A stretch of DNA of 64,000 nt, from the NCBI GenBank assembly GCA_964252035.1, contig OZ176203.1; one strand, given 5' to 3'. Positions 1 through 13,800 of this stretch are shown piece by piece. The position numbers were made by a program, and so were the translations under genes. Source of the DNA: Podarcis erhardii (taxonomy: Eukaryota). The notes under the pieces were generated by a model, which saw only the letters and a program-made list of their open reading frames with translations, had not been told where the DNA came from and did not search any database. How positions within the stretch are numbered: position 1 is the first letter of the stretch; each line of letters starts with the position of its first letter.

Positions 1-822
1 CAGATAGGGGTGAGGCTGAAAAAGAATAGCTTGCCCAAGGCCATCTAGTAAGCTCATGGGCAGAGGTACGATGAGAAGGGAACATTTCATCTCGGTAGCC
101 AAAAGCCACTCTCCCATTAGATAACAAAAACTGCAATCAGCTGGAGCCACAACACTCAGCAGGAAATTTAAACGTCAAAACTTTTGACTCCAGTCAAAAG
201 TGGTTTCTGAATACTGCATTGATAAAGATGTAGGAAAAGTACCACAGAACTGCACCACACCAGTGTTATAAACAAAGCACATTCCTTATCTGGCTTCCCC
301 AGTGAATCCTATTTTCTGTATACGAACTGTCCCTATAGGCAAGGAATGTGACTATAGGAAAAAGTGACTCCAGAGAGCAGCGGGACAAATGCAGAATGCA
401 GAAGCTACTGAAGATTGGAACTCACCAATCACCCAGTACAATGATGAATGGGGTTGGAGAAAGGTCTCTGATTTTTTTTCCATCTCAGCTCCGCTCTGTC
501 TATCACACAATGAGCCTTTAGCTAGTTTGGTATAAAGCTAGCATTAGTTCCGCAGCTTTTCCCTTCTCCAAATACAACCAACTGGAAAAAGGCAGATTTG
601 GGCCACTTACGTACAGTAAAATCTCGAACCAAGCTAAAACTAAAACAAGTCACATTGCCACAGAAACCTTTTAATCTACAGATCCTACTAAAAATGCATG
701 TGGCAACAGAAATTTTGGCCAAAGTATGGATCAGCTTTCTAAACAGCCACCGCCCTGACAACAGGCATGAGATACTCTAGTAATCAGGTGCTTTCAAAGG
801 TAAAAGTAATGCTTTGACATAC

Positions 823-906
823 CTGAGGGTCATCATCTTCCAGGTCGTTGAAGTCAGTCTGTGTTTTCAGCAAGAGCTGCATCACATCTGATGCATCCTG
901 CATGAA
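823..906 (-). CDS. IPO5: Importin-5 coding exon 15 ([28 protein letters not shown]); gene continues beyond the left edge
   Basis: tatag|TTC...CAG|gtatgt; 84 nt; the next expected exon (ISYMISAW...) is not in 1-822. Confidence 0.96.
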
Positions 907-1669
907 CTATAAATAGGAAGAACCAAGAAATTATGTCAGGGTGGCTAAATAGTTATTTTCTAAGTAAAAAGCTTAATACTCATGGTTTTAACCTGGTTTC
1001 AATCAAAGGACGCAAGAACACTGCAATGAAGTTATGAACATTTGAAGTGACATCAAAAGCAGTGAAAACAAGTGCATTCAGATGCTGCTTGCTGTTAACA
1101 TATATTTATTCAAAATTTCAGAAAAGAATTGTAGAGCCAGATGGAATCAGTTATGCAATCCAAACACCTGCACAAATGCAACGGTCGCCACACCAAAGCA
1201 GCCTGAATGGATTACACTTCAAGACAATAGTTTCTTATAAGAGACCAGAAAGGATATGAGAGCACCACAGTAGTGTTGCAAATAAACATGGGTTTACCAT
1301 CCATACTAAACTGGAGAGTCCAGATCAGCTACAGAAATCTGACACCACAGGGAAGAAACAGGATCTATCTAGTTGGCCTCTAAGAACCTACTTCATTTAG
1401 AATGCCAGCTTTAGATTAGTCATTTATGCTATCTTAAAAACCCTGGAAATCCCGGGAGAAAATGTGAGTTCATGAGTTATTACAGAGAGAGCCTACTACA
1501 TCCTGAAATACAGCAGAGAACAAGGTTCTAAGCGAAAATCATAAAATAATAGCCAAACACATAAAACAACCAAATTTATTTTCAGTTTGGGTGTTGAACC
1601 AAAGATGAACTGTTACAGAAGCTCTGCTAATGCCATCTCAAGATAACTCTACAATTAATTGGTGGTAGT

Positions 1670-2064
1670 TGTAGCAATGAGCTCATATATGCTTATATTC
1701 ACTTGCTTTGATATAAACTAATTGGCTCGCTTTGATGTTATCCTTATCGGTGAGCTTGGGGTCCTGGGCTCTAAGCCCAGAAAGGGGAATTATCTGTAAT
1801 AGTTGGGTATTTGCCACCTATGCTCTCATCTGGGCAGGGGGAGCAATGGGAGAATCTGGGCAGCATGATACACGTTGTTTTCTTTATAAAGAATGTGGGC
1901 ACTTTTGCTTAGATGCGGACAAGTCATCTCCTTGCTGTGGAATCCATCCCATGTCTGCAAAGGCTAGGAGAACTGGCAGGCTGATTAGCTGTAGGTCTAT
2001 AACTTTCTTAATAAAGAATTAGAACTGGTCGTTCAGTTATCTTGGGCAGGGCTGCCTCCTGACA
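1670..2064 (+). mobile_element. Probable solo LTR
   Basis: tgtag...ctgaca termini with TATAAA then AATAAA; TSD not matched. Confidence 0.5.
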
Positions 2065-2954
2065 CCAGTGTTGCTGCGGCTCACTAGGACAGGGGTGAGA
2101 TTTTGGGCTGAAAAGGCACAGAGAGAGAGCTGTCAGTGCATCCACGCAAGCCTTACTCTGATGTGTGACAGCGATGCCAATTTTGGGAGTGTGGCTTCAC
2201 AGCACCACCTCACCATGCCAGCTGCTCCTGGCTTAAATACAATACTGTTCACTGCACAATGAAAGAGCCAGAGGATGACTTGGTCTCATGGAATCCCTCC
2301 CTCCCCTCTCCTGCTGTGTGACTGAGGACGAATTTGGGAGCTTTTGCATCTTTTCAGTTAACCATGTTTTGTTGCATCAACCATCAGCAGCTAACACCAA
2401 CAATGGCCAGTTTGAAACAAGACAACTTCAAAGCATAGTTTCTGAAGCTAGATTTCTTAAATAACATTGTTTTAAGCGCATGCACTGGTTTACAGTACAT
2501 AGGAAACTGTGGTTACATAAAAAATAGATCAAAAGCTTCAAGAACCTTCTCCTAGCTATGTGCGAGGAGAAGAGGGGAGCATGTGAGCTTTGGGCTTGAT
2601 CATGTTGCACTAAGACAGGGGTATAAAACTTTTGGGGGGCTGGAGGTCACAATACACAACTGAAAAACTGGGAGGACGCCACTATTGAGAATGCCCTCTG
2701 CCTGGTTACCTGTAACCACTAGCAGCAGCATTAATAGTCAGCATATATTAATAACACAAGAGCTTGCTACATCAGGTCAATGGCCCATAGAGTACAGTTT
2801 TCTGCTCTCACAATAACAAACCAAATGCCTATGGGAAGCCCAAAAGCAGTATCTGACCGTAACAGCACTCTACCCCCTTGTGATTCCCAGCTGCTGGTAT
2901 TCGCGCACATCTCCCATGAAAACATAGGTGCTTATTTAATTCTTATCAACTTAC

Positions 2955-3173
2955 CTTTTCTTTACCTACTGCAAGGCCAATTAAGCTGATGCATTCTATG
3001 GTTTTCCCTCTCAAGAGTCTAAGTTCCTTCTGCACAGCATTCTCAACAATGTGTTTAAGAGAAGGCATAAATAAATCATAGTATGGAACAAACTTTTCTT
3101 CTGCTGTATCAGCAACTGATGCAATGGATGTAACGACCTGTTCCAGAACCAACTTAGTGCCTTTTTCAATCAG
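2955..3173 (-). CDS. IPO5: Importin-5 coding exon 14 ([12 protein letters not shown]...LAVGKEK)
   Basis: aacag|CTG...AAG|gtaagt; 219 nt; inside ORF 2946..3194. Confidence 0.96.
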
Positions 3174-3291
3174 CTGTTGGGAGAAAAAAAACATTTATTA
3201 TTTTTTTAAAAAACTTCATGAAATCTCAAAGCAAGATTTTAGTTAAACCAATTCTGCTTTCAAATCATCCTCCATCAATCAACTGTCTTAC

Positions 3292-3465
3292 CTCCTGCAA
3301 TTTTAATACCATAGTGGAATGAAGATGCTTCACTAAGTTATCTAAGTAAGGAATAAGCAGTGATTTGGGACAGTCTTCAGTAAAGTTGATCAGAGCAGCG
3401 GCTGCATGAGCCTGAACTCGCTGATTGCCTTGGTCTTCCATGGTCTGCAGAAGAGCTGCAATTAC
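3292..3465 (-). CDS. IPO5: Importin-5 coding exon 13 ([58 protein letters not shown])
   Basis: tgtag|GTA...GAG|gtaaga; 174 nt. Confidence 0.96.
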
Positions 3466-3545
3466 CTACAACACAGATGGCTACTGTGAGTGAATTGTCT
3501 CAGAATGAATTTGGCTGATACTGAATTACATAGCTTTCTACTTGC

Positions 3546-3635
3546 CTTCTCGTGGAATTTTTTCTGGAAGCCTGGTGCAAAGTCTGTAGCCATCTGGCCA
3601 ATTGCATTGCAAGCTGCATATCTTACTCTTGGGTG
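3546..3635 (-). CDS. IPO5: Importin-5 coding exon 12 ([30 protein letters not shown]), followed by a GC-AG intron
   Basis: ttcag|CAC...AAG|gcaagt; 90 nt. Confidence 0.95.
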
Positions 3636-3715
3636 CTGAAATATTTAGCTTTGATTAATAAATTCATAAAAGAATCAAATGCAAATTTTGAAGAAGGCAA
3701 GTGCTTTAAACTTAC

Positions 3716-3840
3716 AGGGTCCTGAAGAAAAAGCAAAACCAGGTTAACTATTTCATTCAGAATCCCTTCCATCTGTTGGTGACAGCCTTCGCCAATAGCT
3801 GAGAGAGCCATCAAGCCAGCATGTCTACACTTCCAGTCAG
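3716..3840 (-). CDS. IPO5: Importin-5 coding exon 11 ([42 protein letters not shown])
   Basis: ttcag|CT...CCT|gtaagt; 125 nt. Confidence 0.96.
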
Positions 3841-4834
3841 CTGAATTGAAAGATATTGAATAGAAGCAATATTGTTTAGTAAAAAGCATACAGAAACTAG
3901 GAATATATTTTTACACATAACATGAATCTCTTCAAGCCAATTTCAGTGGCTCTCTCTCTTATAATAAGCTGTGAATACAACCTTCATCCTTTCTCTCTCA
4001 AGCTGCACTTTGTGGTTTGAAATCCTGGTAAGTAAGCTGATATTAAGGAACCAAGGCCTGCCATATCAAAAGCCACAAGCAATGTGAATTGGGAAAGTGG
4101 AGCACATGCTTCCTCCAGTGGTTTAAAAACAGATTTTTTTCCTTTCCAGAGGAAAAGTGCATCGCTTTTAGCAGTATTTCCCCCTCCACAGATTTCAAAG
4201 TATATTCCTGTAAACGAAGATCAGCTATTATAGCAACTTCCACTGGACTTTGAAAGCTGTCAATCACAGGTCATAATTATGACATCAGGTAACAGACTGG
4301 TGGTCTTGCCCACAAGCTGAAACTTAGCTCACAGGAGCCGGGAAAAGTACGGATTTGACTCGGTCTAATTCTCCACACCTGCATTACAGCAAAGGCTAGA
4401 ATGCAAGGCAGGCAGATGAAATTCTACTACCCGTTTATTTATTTGGACAAATAAGGAGAATGACACATTGATGCTCCTGTTCACACACTTGGGACACTCC
4501 TTGAATTGGAGGAAGGGTTTAGTGTCACAATGAAGAACAATCTTGGATTGCAGAACAGAATCAATCCTGATGAATCAGTTCCCAGAACCTTTAAATATTA
4601 GGAAAAATTAATAGCTCTCTTCTCCTACAAGCAATAACTGCACAAGAAGTTCCTACTACAGATCACTCAGAACTGTTGCTGAAAGAACAAATTGCACCTT
4701 GCCACTGGCTTCAAAGTTACTTAAGCCTGTCTTTGATGACATTTTTCACTTGTTTTAACAGCTCAGCACCAGAAGCATTACCACTGATTAACATGTTGTA
4801 ACATCTGCCTTGAGCCCAAAATTAAATTACTTAC

Positions 4835-4941
4835 GATTCTGAAGCATTTGCATAATATGTTCTTTTATCATAGGCAGAACAAGTTTTCCACCAAGGCCAC
4901 AAGCCATTCTGTCCAACGCACTCTCACCAGCAACAGCATTG
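4835..4941 (-). CDS. IPO5: Importin-5 coding exon 10 ([35 protein letters not shown])
   Basis: tttag|C...C|gtaagt; 107 nt. Confidence 0.96.
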
Positions 4942-5383
4942 CTAAAGTAAGTTTGTAAAAAAATAAAAACCTGTAAGTCAAAATTTAGGATAATAGCCAA
5001 TGCATTGCATCCAATTTAGTCATACTCAAAACAGACCCTATGAAATCAATGGGCTTGCAATTTAGCCTTGACTGACTTTAATCTGCCAATTTCAATGCAA
5101 TCTCCTCCAAGAATGACTTAACTGGTTTCAACCCAATAAATTAAGTACTCAGTTGTATTCCTTCAGATAGGCTTCCTAGTATTTTTGGTTTCTCAGGAAC
5201 ACAATGTGTACTTTATCCTTTAGGTGTAAAGGTATTCAGAGGCACAGCTTTCATGACACATTTTAAAACTGAAATCTATTTGCATAGATTTTTTATTAAA
5301 CCCACTTCTGTTCTTAGTATAAATTCATCAATACATTTAATATACTGAATTTTATATTTCATACTGGGAGATGGGCTATGCCC

Positions 5384-5516
5384 NNNNNNNNNNNNNNNNN
5401 NNNNNNNNNNNNNNNNNNNNNNNNNNNNNNNNNNNNNNNNNNNNNNNNNNNNNNNNNNNNNNNNNNNNNNNNNNNNNNNNNNNNNNNNNNNNNNNNNNNN
5501 NNNNNNNNNNNNNNNN
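5384..5516. other. Assembly gap (133 N) in IPO5 intron 9
   Basis: Run of N. Confidence 0.99.
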
Positions 5517-5748
5517 GGTTTCAAATGATGGCATACTCATATACTCCTCAGTTACTCCTGCAATTGTGGGCTTAAACATAGCCTGATAATTACACAAACT
5601 GAACCAGTGGACTGAAATCAGGTGATTATTTTTCAAAGAGTGATTTTCTGTGAGATCATGGCATCTAAAACTCAAGTGCATCTGCCACGAACTTGCAGGC
5701 ACCAGCCTCTCACCAGGCTGCAGCGACAGTGGGAATTGCTGAAGATTC

Positions 5749-5885
5749 TAGAATCATAGAATTGTAGAGCTGGAGGGGACCACAAGGGTCATCTAGTTCA
5801 AAGCCCTGCAATGCAGGAATCTTTTGCCCAATGTGGGGCATGGACCCACAACTCAAGCGTCTCATGCTTTAATGACTGACCTATT
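5749..5885 (-). mobile_element. tRNA-derived SINE with CR1-type tail (Squam2-like); related copies at about 20288-20440 (+), 39700-39793 (-), 52836-52945 (-)
   Basis: tagaatcatagaattgtagagctgg tail plus degenerate tRNA-Lys-like head. Confidence 0.7.
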
Positions 5886-7549
5886 CCAATAATGTCAACT
5901 CTCAAAAAGATGGCTGGACAATAAAAGCTATAAAAGCCTATTAAAGAATCTGTTAATCAGCTTCATGATTCTGTAAAGCACTGTAGCTAGGCTTGATCAA
6001 GCAGAATCCAGAATGTCTAAATTGGACAACAGTGCAGCTGCAAATGACACATCAATGGCAGCACTACCAAAATCTACTTATGTGATGATGGCTAGAATGC
6101 TTCAACTTGAAAACTGCACACAAAAATGCAATATAGATTCTTGGCAATCTGGCCAAAAGTAAGATCAGCCTGTTAAGTTCATTGAAAATGTTTTATGAAA
6201 GATATTGGCATTACCTGAATATTATCAACTTGGTAGAGATCGGGCTCACCAGATATCAGCCCTCTCTTTACAAGTTACAGATAAACATTGCCAATTTATT
6301 GATTTTTTAATTTTTTTACATTTTAAGTTAGAGAGTTTCTGCTGCAATGTGCCAGAAAGGGGGAACTTCGGTGAGGAATGGAACAGCATAATATTATGCT
6401 ATTTGCAGATTGCACAAAAGAGACTCTAATCAACAGAGATTTTTAATGAAGCATGGCAACAGGAAATTATTTACTCGTTAAGTTTCCCTGCTACTTTTTG
6501 CTTTTGTATAGGTGATCAGCAACATTCATTTTTCATCCCAGTATAAAGCAGAGGAACAACACATCCTTGGAATAAATCCAACATTGGATGAAGAGAAATG
6601 TTTCAGTGCTTTAAGGCCTTCTCTTCTGCTATCTCTGCTGGACTGCAGATACTAATTTGAAGTGATTACGACTTATATTCATTGCGAAGGCGTACGTGGC
6701 ATTAAATCGTGATGTGACTGAGGACGTTCCTCCAACTTAGAACTGTGGCCTTTTTATTATGCTCTTACAGATTGTTACATATTATTAATGTTTGCATTCC
6801 TTTTTAAAAAATGATACTTTATTATGAAAGAAAATAAATAAGAGAAAAAATTGGGTAAACAAAGAAAAGGTTCACTGCCATTATCTCAAAACAAAGTATA
6901 TTCTCAAGAGACTACAGAATTAGATGCTACAACAAAAACCGACCCGATACAGAAAAAATACAGAACAAATGTTATGAATACCAAATAAAGCCATATCTCC
7001 TCAGGGCTTCCATCACTCTGATTGGCCTGTCATATGAGCAGCAAATGCATAGGTTAAGCTGCACCCTGAGATACCCTTAATTTAGGAGTCAGTTTCTCAG
7101 AAATGAGAGCATTACTTTATTGAACCAATATTTAAAGAAAAACCTAAGGACTCCTTCCATCAGCAGCCCTGCGATATGGTCAAACAAGCACTGACTAATA
7201 GGAAAATTCTAAGTGGTTTGCATATTACGTCTGTAGTCAACCCATACTATTATCGCTGTATTGGATTCCAGTGTGTTCTATTTTTGTGTGTGAAAAATCT
7301 AAGGAGACAATGAGATGGGAGGCGAATGAGGTATGCTGTTATCGAATATGAAAGTTGTAGTGGGGTTTTTTGTCCTCCCTTTCTTGGTTTCTGGATATTC
7401 ATTTTTCTTCTTCCCCTGCCCTCTGGCCTTGCAAGTTTTTATAGATGGTGCTATGTCAACGTTTACATAAATTGCCTGTTTAATCTGTTTGCTCAGCATG
7501 GATACATACTATAGATATTTACGTTATAAGGATCTTGTGGTTTCTACAC

Positions 7550-8990
7550 TGTAATATAGATGCCTAGAAAGTATCCTCCTAGCTTATCAACAAATACACT
7601 GTCTTTGTGATTTATATGGATTTTTAGTAGTGTTACATGCCTGAGTATTAGGAGATTTTACAGATGCTGTGGTGGGGAAGAGTAATAAGTGTTCCAAACA
7701 TATTTGTGACAAATATAATACTAGTAATGTAACCATCATATGACTTTAAATTTGCACATGGAATGTGAAGGACTTCGGTTATCCTAAAAAAAGAGAACAG
7801 GTGCCCTCTAAACTCAAAAAACTTAAAGCTTATCTTTTGGTTTAGGGGACTGTGTGCTAGTGGCCATTTTAAGAATTCTCAGGATGTGGCTAATTTTGGG
7901 ATCTAAGGATTAAAGAAGAAAAAGACCTACAGCACCTAAAAATTTAGCAACTAAAGAGACATAACATACATTGTCTTGTCAGTTACAATTTGACCCATAT
8001 GAACATGACAAATTATGGGGTAATTCTAATTTTAAGATAGTGGCAGTCTTTTTTGTGGAAGAAATAGGTTGACTGAGGAATTTATACAGATGAAAGGTTC
8101 AAATGGGAGACAATATCTTCAATTACAACACCTGTTGGTGTCTATTTATAAACCAACTGCTTTGAGTGCTTTGGCACCTCCTAAATTGTTGGAAGGAATT
8201 ACTGGATCTTCTCAGAAAGTTAAATCCACGACTACTATTTATAGTTGCTTATTGGACCTTTGTAAAGTAGATGCTCAGAAACTTTGGAGTCTCAGTCTAA
8301 CCTACACCACAGGGTCGTTGCTGGGATAATATGGGGAGGGGGAGAGGATATGTGCCATTTTGATCTCCTTGGAGGAAAAGTGGGATATAAAATGTAATGA
8401 TATAAATAGATAAACAAAACCCAAACAATGGAAATTGCTTCAGAATCTATACAGAATGTTTCTTTAGATTTATAACTGAGGTGGATGCAGCAAAAATGTT
8501 GTTTCAGGTATATTAGATTCCACAACATTTGTAGAGGAAGGCACTGTCTAATACAGCTAGATGCTGGAGGTGCAATGCTGAAAGACCTCAGTGATATATT
8601 CTTTTTAGTCTAAAGCTAAATTTCATATAAATTTTGTACTGGCAAAATCAATCTGCAGGTGGTTTTTTTTTTACTGTTTTTTACTGCAGGTACTGTATTT
8701 TTAAACTATATTCCTATGGTATGCACGTTAATAGCAGGACAATAAGTGGATATTGTGCACTTATGGTTGTCAAGAGACATACACCTTGATCCTGGAAGGA
8801 TAAATGCTCACTGTCCATTGTGCAACGGTCTGAGAACTTACAAGGCCCTTGCTACATTTGAACGTATTTTAAATCAATGCCAATTTCATGCAGATAGCTA
8901 TTTGAACATCTGGAGGGTTTATATTGAGTTATGTTTCATTTTAGAGGGAAATACTAATGGCCTTTGAATACTGACAGTATATTGTTAGTG
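7550..8990 (+). mobile_element. Decayed L1/Tx1-like ORF2 relic in IPO5 intron 9
   Basis: WNVKDFGYPKKREQV at 7759 resembles the endonuclease N-terminal WNVxG motif; multiple frameshifts. Confidence 0.5.
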
Positions 8991-10013
8991 CATTATTTTT
9001 CTGCCCTTCAAAAAATCTTTTTGTTACACATGATACTTAAACAAACGTTGAGTCCTTTAATAGGAGATCAAACACAGTCCATGTCTTACTGTTTGCAAAG
9101 ACTGTTGTATTCATGAAGTAACCAGTCCTACGAAGTATCTTTTATTTAGTTTCCTGCTCCTATACAAATTCTAAATGGTTGAAATCTCAACATAAATTTA
9201 CAGTTACAGTCTTTAAGTAAGCTTGAGTACACTCCAGCATGTGAACAAACTGCTCTAGTAAATATGCCATTTATTTTTGGTTTCTGGCATACACATAATT
9301 TACTAAGTAGTTGCCAAGAAAGCAAAAGATATGTTCTAAATATAGCAGAGCGCTCCTGGCACGTTGTAAACTATACTTTAATGGCTATATCAATAAATGC
9401 GAATAAAACACTTAAATAAAAAGCTGATGTACAAATCGGAAACATGAAACAAATTACTGATATGCATCAACACACCGATCTCCCTTATTGTATTCTGAGA
9501 GTTATCCCTTTACAACTAAATTCTATGCTTCTGAAAACTCTGATTTCAATAAAAGGAATGATTGAGAAGGACCATGCTTGCTTCTAGAAATCACATAACA
9601 AATGATTTTTATAGAAGCATCTAGTAAGACAGACAGATTGCTGTTATAAGATGTAATCAACATTGCCTTGGATTTAAGAACAGCATGTACAACTGGGGCC
9701 TTTGTTCCCCCTCCACTACGGCCCCTACAGGATATGAGATCTTCTCTACAGACAGGTAGGAGAGTTCTTCCTCAGTACTTGTTCTCAGCAAAGTGTGTTT
9801 TGTAAGAAAGGATTCTCTTTTGCAAAAATCTGGGGTTTTTAAGGTGAGAAAAGTTAAGCACCTTTATTTTCTAACCTGCATCAACCTAAGGGCTAATTAT
9901 GTATCGCGTTAGCTCCCATTTGAACACCTTTGCATGAAGGTGACATTTAAAACCTGGCAGCTCAACGTGGGGATGTTGCATACACAGGTAATGGCATGCA
10001 AGCCAGCAGTAGG

Positions 10014-10527
10014 TGTGGTGATCACACAGGGTCCCCAGACGTTTCACCGTCTATTGATCCCTGTGCCACCACTTTATTTCTCGCTGCCACCACCCAGGCC
10101 CTACCTGGGACAATACTGAGTCCAGTCAGGTTTAAACTGAAACATAAACTTCTGTTTATTTATTGCAGTTTAACAAGCGTGTGGTTTCATAAACGGTATC
10201 GGTCAATTACAATCATAGGGTGCCTATCCAGACCTATAACTTCCGCTACCTGCTCTCACTCACTAAACCAAATCTCAGAGATTTACTTGTCTTCCAAGCT
10301 CCTAACTGTTCCTGACTCAGCTTATTTCGCTACACTAACTCAACCTACCCCCAGACTCTATCCCAATTCACTCCCACTCCAACCAACCAACCACCCAACT
10401 CCCAACGACTCCTCTTTTGCCCCTCCCAGAGCTGGTTTTATAGTCCCTCTGATTCCACCCCCCTGGTTCTGATTGGGTAACTTGTTTAACTATTTCACCT
10501 CCAGCACTCTCAAATGTTAATATCACA
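10014..10527 (-). mobile_element. Solo LTR with 5-bp TSD in IPO5 intron 9
   Basis: tgtg...caca termini; TSD gtagg at 10009-10013 and 10528-10532; CCAAT, TATAAA and AATAAA in order on the minus strand. Confidence 0.8.
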
Positions 10528-10570
10528 GTAGGTACCAAAGAAAAGCTTGCAATGAAAGGGAGCCCTTGAG

Positions 10571-10706
10571 CAGTGTTTCCCAACCTTGTGCCTCCAGCTG
10601 TTTTTGAACTACAACTCCCACCATCCCTGACTAGCAAGACCAGTGGCAAGGGATGATGGGAATTGTAGTCCAAAAACAGCTGGAGGCACAAGGTTGGGAA
10701 ACACTG
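10571..10706. mobile_element. 136-bp palindromic hAT MITE with 8-bp TSD
   Basis: cagtgtttcccaac...gttgggaaacactg TIRs; TSD cccttgag. Confidence 0.9.
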
Positions 10707-10763
10707 CCCTTGAGAATGGCAAACCATATGATTTTTTTCCTTTTTTAAAAACAACTCGTTTAC

Positions 10764-10851
10764 CTGTCAAAGTCATCGTCTTCTAACTCATCAGAATTTG
10801 CCCAGTCTTCATCTTCTTCTAGGTCAACCATCATTGTTAACATCTGAGGAA
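10764..10851 (-). CDS. IPO5: Importin-5 coding exon 9 ([30 protein letters not shown], acidic loop)
   Basis: cttag|TT...AG|gtaaac; 88 nt. Confidence 0.96.
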
Positions 10852-11701
10852 CTAAGGAAATTAACATTGCTCAATCTACAGAAAAAGGTTTAACAGAGAT
10901 CTGACTGCTCATGAACAGCCACCTCACATCCCAGTAGAATTCATGAAGCAATGTGGCACTTGTCCATATTTCATTCTGCCACAACGTGTACCAATAGAGT
11001 AATTTTGGATTGTGAGGCACCAGTTCCGAATTATATCTGTGCAATGGCCCCACAGGGAAGGATTATTAATTCACATGCTTTGCGTGCAGAAGGCGACAAG
11101 CCAAATCCCTGGCATTTCTACCTAAAAATGGTTGCAAGGTAGGAAGTGGGCTAGATGGACCGTTCAACTGACTCAATATACAATAGCTTAATATATTATT
11201 ATTATTATTAGTATTAATATTTAAATTTGTATACCACCCAAACCAGCAGATCTCAGGGAAATTCACAACATAAAACCACAATACAAAAATACAAAACACA
11301 TAATAAAAACAAAATCAAGAACAACCTATTAAGCCACTCTTGGGTCACAAAAAACAGCTCACAGGCAGCACTGAGAATACCTTCTTAATAAGCATGTGGT
11401 GCCCATATTAATAAAGTTAATGAGTGTTTTATTTATGCTTCATGCTGGCCCCATTTTAGATTCAACAGTCAGGGCTGCATACTTGACAAAGTCTTATAAA
11501 AAAGGCAAAACACCGTCCTTCTGGTTGTTTGGGGAGTGGACTAGAGTAGATCAGTAGGATTTTGGCTTCTAAAAAACAGCTCTGTGACTACTGTGTAAGA
11601 CCAGGGTATGTGTCTTTTACCTAATCTACAAACCTATGCCACATTAACTGTTTTAATTCTAACTGAGAAAAAATATAATAAAAGACAATAAATTTACTTA
11701 C

Positions 11702-11822
11702 TAGCTTGTGCAACAATATTGATATGCCTTCTAAGCATAGCAGCTGCGGTCTCAGATAATGTAACTATTACTTCAAGAGCCAGTTGGCGTTGCATGTTGC
11801 TGAGATTAGTATCTGCACACAA
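11702..11822 (-). CDS. IPO5: Importin-5 coding exon 8 ([40 protein letters not shown])
   Basis: ttcag|TTG...A|gtaagt; 121 nt. Confidence 0.96.
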
Positions 11823-11914
11823 CTGAAAAAGAAAGATATTTAAGTATAGTACTAAAAATCAGGCCACCTATCTAATCAACCAAAACATGAATTGGGATGG
11901 GACAGTCAACTTAC

Positions 11915-12037
11915 CTTCAAACTTAGCTGCAATGTAGGTTCTAAGTGTGGCCGTAGATACTTTGGAACCGTATCTGCAATCTCTACAAGGGACTTCAGTA
12001 CCGAATCATCATTTTGGTAACAGGAGTCATTTACCGC
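11915..12037 (-). CDS. IPO5: Importin-5 coding exon 7 ([41 protein letters not shown])
   Basis: tttag|GCG...AAG|gtaagt; 123 nt. Confidence 0.96.
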
Positions 12038-12697
12038 CTAAAAGAGAATTCAGTTAATACCCCTTTCACCTGTAATTCACATTTAAACCCAAGCACTGTG
12101 TTAGGAAGACACTATTCAGTGCTTCAAGATACTGCAACCAAAACACAGAACCAAAGACTAGAGGACATACTGGAGAGCTCAAAAGGTGGAAAATGTATCT
12201 TGTCTCACCAAGTTATTTCAAATAATTTCATCTACTAAGACATAATTTATTTGTTCACATTGCTCTTTTCCCTCTCAATCTCCTGCCTGGTGAAGATGCA
12301 ACACCACCTGATCTATTAACTATGATTAGGAGACTAAAAGCCTACAGGGTGCTCCTTAGCTCTCTCACCTCCCGCCTCTTGTGAATAATGTTTTTATTGA
12401 GTACACCACTTCAATGGCTCTATGCTGTGAAGTAGTCTTCACAGTGGATACAGTAGCTGCCCTTGCACACATTCCGGTAAAGCTCAAATTCAGGAAGCAC
12501 GTAATCTGTATTTTAGGCATTTACAGTGTATTATTTATTAGGCTATGCCTTGTATTTAAACTTTTGCTACTGACACCTAGTGTACTTGATGCTCACACTA
12601 GAATTCATGTATTATTGACATGGAAACGGCAACACTCTTAAAATACAAGCCTATAGGAGGTAACATACTTTGGTCAACTTGATGGATGAGTTTTTAC

Positions 12698-12802
12698 CTG
12701 CAGGATCCCTGGAAGTAAGTCCGCAAAATGTTTTAGAAGAGGAAGATTTTGCTCATTAGCAAGAACAAATGCAGCCGCAGCCCTAGCTGACAGTGTCCTG
12801 AT
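12698..12802 (-). CDS. IPO5: Importin-5 coding exon 6 ([35 protein letters not shown])
   Basis: tctag|ATC...CAG|gtaaaa; 105 nt. Confidence 0.96.
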
Positions 12803-13149
12803 CTAGAAGGAATATAAAATATCAACATCAGTAATGTACGGCGTTCCTCAAACTTTTAAATTCATACTTGTACGTCAAAAGTACTCATAACTTTTGCACT
12901 CACACCCACTCCCTCCTCACCAGATATTTATTTGTTCATGCCACAGGTATGCATACAGAGATCCAATACATAGTATCAGTACTAAAACTTTATGCTCAGA
13001 AAGCAAGACACTGTGTCCTCCTAAAGCAATAAACTAGAAAACATCCTCAGAAGAAAGGATATGCTCATCATGATCTTCCTTCTTCTTATATCAGGTTGAG
13101 ATGATGCAGTTAAGTCCAATTATGTTGGACAAATACAACTTATTTAGTG

Positions 13150-13800
13150 GTTATAATACACCAGCTTATTAGGTCAAAGGCCTGCCTGAATAAAAATGTA
13201 CTTGCCTGTGGTGTAAGTGGTGTAAGGCGAAGGGGCTGAACAGGTCCCTCAGAGACTAAGATTAGCTAGTTAGAAAGGTTCTCTCTTTAGTTCTTGCCAA
13301 ACAGGCTTCAGATGTTGGCAGGATAAAAAGAAGGGTCTCTCAGAAATATCTCATATAGGAAAATATGGTGATTAAGGTAGTTTGGTCTCTAGTTGTGTAA
13401 GGGTTTGTAGGTCACAACCAGTACTCTGAATTGTGTGCGGAAACAATGGTAGCCAATGAAGGTGTTATGAAGATAGGAGTCACATGCTCCTTATAAGTGT
13501 CCCAAGTCAGTCTGCCTACAGCATTCTGAACCAGTTTCCTAATGCTCTCCAAAGGCAGCCACATAAAAATAATGTTGCAGTACTATAAGATATAATTAAG
13601 ATGAAACCTAAGCATGTATCACCTTGGCCAGATCTGATACTTTGCTGAAGTTGGCACACAAGCATTAGCTGTGCAAAATAATTCTTGGCCATTGCAAAAA
13701 CCTGAGCATTCAGGTTCAGGGCTGAGTTGGGAAAAATATCCAAGTCACAAATCCAACTTTCAAGGATAAGTGCATCTCTATCAAAAGCAGGCAAAATCTC
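13150..13800 (-). mobile_element. Old L2 LINE RT fragment
   Basis: Frameshifted remnants of the LDYCN-GLP-QLVQNAxxRL region on the minus strand. Confidence 0.6.
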
